64,000 nt of DNA from an uncultured Solirubrobacterales bacterium (lineage in GTDB: Bacteria > Actinomycetota > Thermoleophilia > Solirubrobacterales > Solirubrobacteraceae): positions 33,025 through 97,024 of the forward strand of contig CAVRXK010000007.1 of assembly GCA_963725165.1 (NCBI GenBank), read 5' to 3'. Below the pieces are notes generated by a model, which searched no databases, was not told the DNA's origin, and saw nothing but the letters and a program-made list of their open reading frames with translations. A program made the position numbers and the translations under genes. This document shows positions 60,790-64,000 of this stretch, one piece after another; positions within the stretch are counted from its first letter, which is position 1; each line of letters opens with the position of its first letter.

Positions 60790-61227
60790 ATGGCTCACTA
60801 CAACGCAAGCGTCGATACGTCGCGCCCGCCCGATGAGATGTTCGCCTACCTGAGCGACTTCTCAAGCACCCAGGAGTGGGACCCCGGCGTCATCGAAGCT
60901 GAGCGCCTCGGCGACGCACCAGGCCAGGAGGGAACCGAGTTCCGGCTTCTCGCCAGTTTCCTTCACCGAAAGATCCCACTTACCTACCGCGTGGTCGAGT
61001 ACGACCCACCGAGCGCTGTCACGTTTCGCGGTGAAAGCTCGACCGTCGTCTCACTGGACCGGATCACCTTCGAGCCATCCGAGATCGGCACACGAATCAC
61101 CTACGACGCGGATCTCGCGCTGAAGGGGCCGTTCAAGCTCGCCGACCCGCTGCTCGCACTCGCTTTCAAGCGAGTCGGTGCTCGCGCGCTCACAGGCCTG
61201 CACAAGACGCTCCGAGCAAGCCACTGA
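60790..61227 (+). CDS. SRPBCC/polyketide cyclase-family protein
   Basis: FAYLSDFS...WDPGV, TRITYDADL. RBS AAGGAG. Confidence 0.82.
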   Translation: MAHYNASVDTSRPPDEMFAYLSDFSSTQEWDPGVIEAERLGDAPGQEGTEFRLLASFLHRKIPLTYRVVEYDPPSAVTFRGESSTVVSLDRITFEPSEIGTRITYDADLALKGPFKLADPLLALAFKRVGARALTGLHKTLRASH

Positions 61228-61370
61228 GCACCAGGCGCGCACCGGACACCAATAAGCTTGACGAGCGGAATGGGGTGCTCGGCATAGCGACGGGAAGCGA
61301 CCGCGCACGGAACAACCTTTTAGTGCGGGCCAGGTGTCCTCGCCGAGTATCGAGCCCGAAAGACGCGAGG

Positions 61371-61791
61371 CTACGCACGTTCCCCGGCTACACGCACGGT
61401 GACGTCGCACAGCAAAGTGTGGCCATGAATCCTTACCACGCGATCCCGATTTCCCTCGGAAACAGCCGGCACCTCATTGACCAGGCTGCCTCGGAAAACC
61501 GCTACCTGAGAGCTCGACGTGGGTGCCCTGTGGGACGGTCACGTCTACGTCGCGGAGTATCGCCCAGGCGCTGATAGAGATGTCGGCGGGCGCGCTCTTG
61601 ACCTGCGACAGGTCGATGGTCACGTCGCCAAAAAGAGCGATGGCGAGCAGTTCATCCTCAACATCCCATTGTTCTGCGCGCTTGCCCTTGTGTATCCATC
61701 CTCCCTCAAAGATCGGCTCGAGACCGAGCAGCGCTCGGCGGCGGCGTTTACCTGCGACGACCGCAGGCGGGTGGGAAGTACGGGCAGTCAT
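61371..61791 (-). CDS. LiaF/DUF1707 C-terminal-like protein, frameshifted
   Basis: ALFGDVTIDLS, DVDVTVP.G..VELSG, then VRIHGHTLLCDVTVR in the shifted frame. Confidence 0.55.
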
Positions 61792-62672
61792 TGGGTCGCG
61801 GCCTGCGTGGAAGCCGTCGAGTCCTCGCCTGGGTTAGTTGCGACACGGGGTAGTACGAGCAGTGAGCAGCGTGCGTGGCGCTGTAGGTAGTCGGAGGTGC
61901 TGCCGAGCACCAGGCGCTTGACTGGACCGTAGCTGCGCGAGCCGACCACAAGGAGGTCTACCTGATCGCCGAACGCGGCCAGCTCCTCACCCGCGAGGCC
62001 GTAGACCGCGCGACCCTCGACATCTACCAGCTTGCTCATTCGGCTGGTTGCCTCTTGGAGCATCACGTCGATGCTGTCCCCGATCGCTGGAGGAATGATC
62101 CCGGTGTAGACGACTGTGGGGATTGAGACTACGTCCAGCGCGTGAATCTCTGCGCGAGTTGGCGCGGCAAGCGTGCGGGCCATCGCGAGAGCCGCCTTGC
62201 TCTCCGGTGAGGAGTTGTAAGCAACACCAATCTTCGCGATTGGGGTCGGATGCTCGGCGTAGCCGAGGGGTGCGATTGCAACAGCGCAGGGAGCACCGTT
62301 CAGCGCGGCGCGTGTGTCATCGCCGAGCATCGCGCGGCCGAAGGCACTGTGACGGCAGGAGCCCACAACGATCAGGTCCGCGTTCTGCTCCTCGGCCTGC
62401 TCGTGCAAGCCGCGGCCGGGGCTCATCGACACGATGCTGACTAGCTGTGCTTTGACATCGGCCGCGGCGCGTTCCTGCTCGAGCAGTTTGTGGGATGCCT
62501 CGCGCTCTTCTCTGACCAAGCCGGGCGCGATGGCATGGGTTGGGCGTAGATCGCCGGTGTGGACGTGGGTGAGCGTCAATCCTCGATCGGGGTCGGTGAG
62601 TTGGGAGGCGAGTGCGATGGCGTCACGGCCGCCTGTCCTGCCGTCCACTCCCACGAGCACATTTTTGAACAT
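61788..62672 (-). CDS. Universal stress protein (tandem USP domains)
   Basis: NVLVGVDG, ADLIVVGS, IGVAYNSS, DLLVVGSRSYG...LGSTS. Confidence 0.92.
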   Translation of the reverse strand: MFKNVLVGVDGRTGGRDAIALASQLTDPDRGLTLTHVHTGDLRPTHAIAPGLVREEREASHKLLEQERAAADVKAQLVSIVSMSPGRGLHEQAEEQNADLIVVGSCRHSAFGRAMLGDDTRAALNGAPCAVAIAPLGYAEHPTPIAKIGVAYNSSPESKAALAMARTLAAPTRAEIHALDVVSIPTVVYTGIIPPAIGDSIDVMLQEATSRMSKLVDVEGRAVYGLAGEELAAFGDQVDLLVVGSRSYGPVKRLVLGSTSDYLQRHARCSLLVLPRVATNPGEDSTASTQAATQ

Positions 62673-62826
62673 CACGGGCCTCCTTTGTTGGGGTGGATTA
62701 GAAGCTAAGTCCAGACGGGACCGTGGAGCATCCGCTGCGGTCACGGCACGGCGTGCGGGTTTTTACGGAGCTTCCCGAGATATAGGCCGGGTGTACCGCT
62801 GGGCGGCGATGCGTAGCATGGGCCGG

Positions 62827-64000
62827 ATGCCCGAGCGAACACCGCAGGAGCCTGATGGTGTAGGCGCCAGCTTGACCAATACGCATCCGCCGATGCCACG
62901 CGACAAGCGCGGTTGGCACGTCTCCCCCGCACCCGATGGGCGGGGGATGCCCGAGCAGGCACCGAAGGGACCACCGGCGCACCGCAGACCGGGCTTTATT
63001 TGGTTCGTGGTGTTCCTGCTCGCGCTCAACTGGATCTCGGTCCTCGTGTTCAACCCCTCAACGGGCGAACAGCGGGTGACGGTCTCGTTCAACCCGTTCT
63101 TCCTTGAACAGGTCAAGGGCGGTGAGGTGAAGTCGATCTCCTCCAAGGGAGACACGATCCAGGGCACCTTCAAGCACAAGCTGAGCTATCCAGCCACGAA
63201 TAAGAAGGCGAAACCCAGCACCCTGTTCGCCACCCAGGTCCCATCGTTCTGGAACGGCAGCCAGCTATCGGCGCTATTGCAAGAAAAGGGCGTTGAAGTC
63301 AACGCGAAGTCAACGAGCACCAGCCAGTCGCTGCTCAGCGAGTTGCTGCTCGGCTTCGGGCCCGCATTGTTGATCGTGGGCCTGTTCATTTCTCATCGCG
63401 CGCCGAGCCGCGAAGGCCGGTGGTGCGATCGGCACCCTCGGGAACTTCGGACGCTCCCAGGCCAGGCGTGTAGACCCTGCGAAGATCCTCGTCACCTTCA
63501 AGGACGTCGCCGGCATCGACGAAGCCAAGGCCGAGCTCTCAGAGATCGTGGACTTCCTGCGCAACCCCGAGCGCTACGGGCGCCTTGGTGGACGGATGCC
63601 CCACGGTGTGCTGCTCTCAGGCGCACCGGGAACCGGCAAGACGCTGCTCGCACGAGCTGTTGCCGGTGAGGCACACGCCGCGTTCTTCTCGATCTCCGCG
63701 TCGGAGTTCATCGAGGCGATCGTCGGCGTCGGTGCCTCGCGGGTGCGTGACCTGTTCGTGAAGGCGAAGGAGGCGGCGCCGGCGATCATCTTCATCGACG
63801 AGCTCGACGCGATCGGACGCTCGCGTCAAGGATCGGTATCGGTCACGGGCGCCAACGACGAGCGTGAGCAGACACTCGACCAGATCCTGACCGAACTCGA
63901 CGGTTTCGAGAGCTCAGAGGCCGTTGTGGTATTGGCCGCGACCAATCGTCCCGACGTGCTGGATTCCGCGCTTTTGCGGCCTGGTCGTTTTGACCGTCGC
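62827..64000 (+). CDS. ftsH: ATP-dependent zinc metalloprotease FtsH (partial; frameshift near 63390)
   Basis: Two TM segments, then [68 protein letters not shown]. Confidence 0.92.

Noticed and set aside
59740-61227. Apparent SDR-SRPBCC fusion (495 aa)
   Set aside because: The SDR has a natural C-terminus and stop at 60778 in another frame, and the SRPBCC has its own RBS and ATG at 60790.

Overview
High-GC actinobacterial chromosome segment. Gene content suggests Thermoleophilia/Solirubrobacterales, which is an inference. Many otherwise intact genes carry single-base frameshifts, more likely long-read assembly errors than pseudogenes. Region 1-33.7 kb is housekeeping and accessory genes: sugar kinase, DtxR/MntR-NRAMP, P450, VapBC, GT39 with an MprAB-like two-component system, a CtaG/SCO copper cluster, ABC-F, DrrAB/TetR, a large FG-GAP surface protein and MarR/MFS. 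Region 34-48.6 kb is a mobile defence hotspot around a 3' tRNA-Met(CAT) fragment (att site) and a tyrosine integrase. It holds a SmaI-like restriction-modification pair, three AbiE/type IV-like toxin-antitoxin modules, an ApeA-like HEPN protein, an IS5-family element carrying a passenger gene, an IS256 element and integrase remnants. Region 49-64 kb is a hypoxia/dormancy-like cluster: pfkB, HDAC with GNAT, acetyl-CoA hydrolase, ppsA, Zn-ADH, an orphan NarL-type regulator, USP and FtsH. The most unusual signal is non-coding. Two intergenic arrays consist of abutting, perfect, loop-less 24-bp palindromes, each centred on CATG but with different arms (22417-22488 and 31913-32008). A third, non-palindromic array keeps the same exact 24-bp CATG period (20494-20589).
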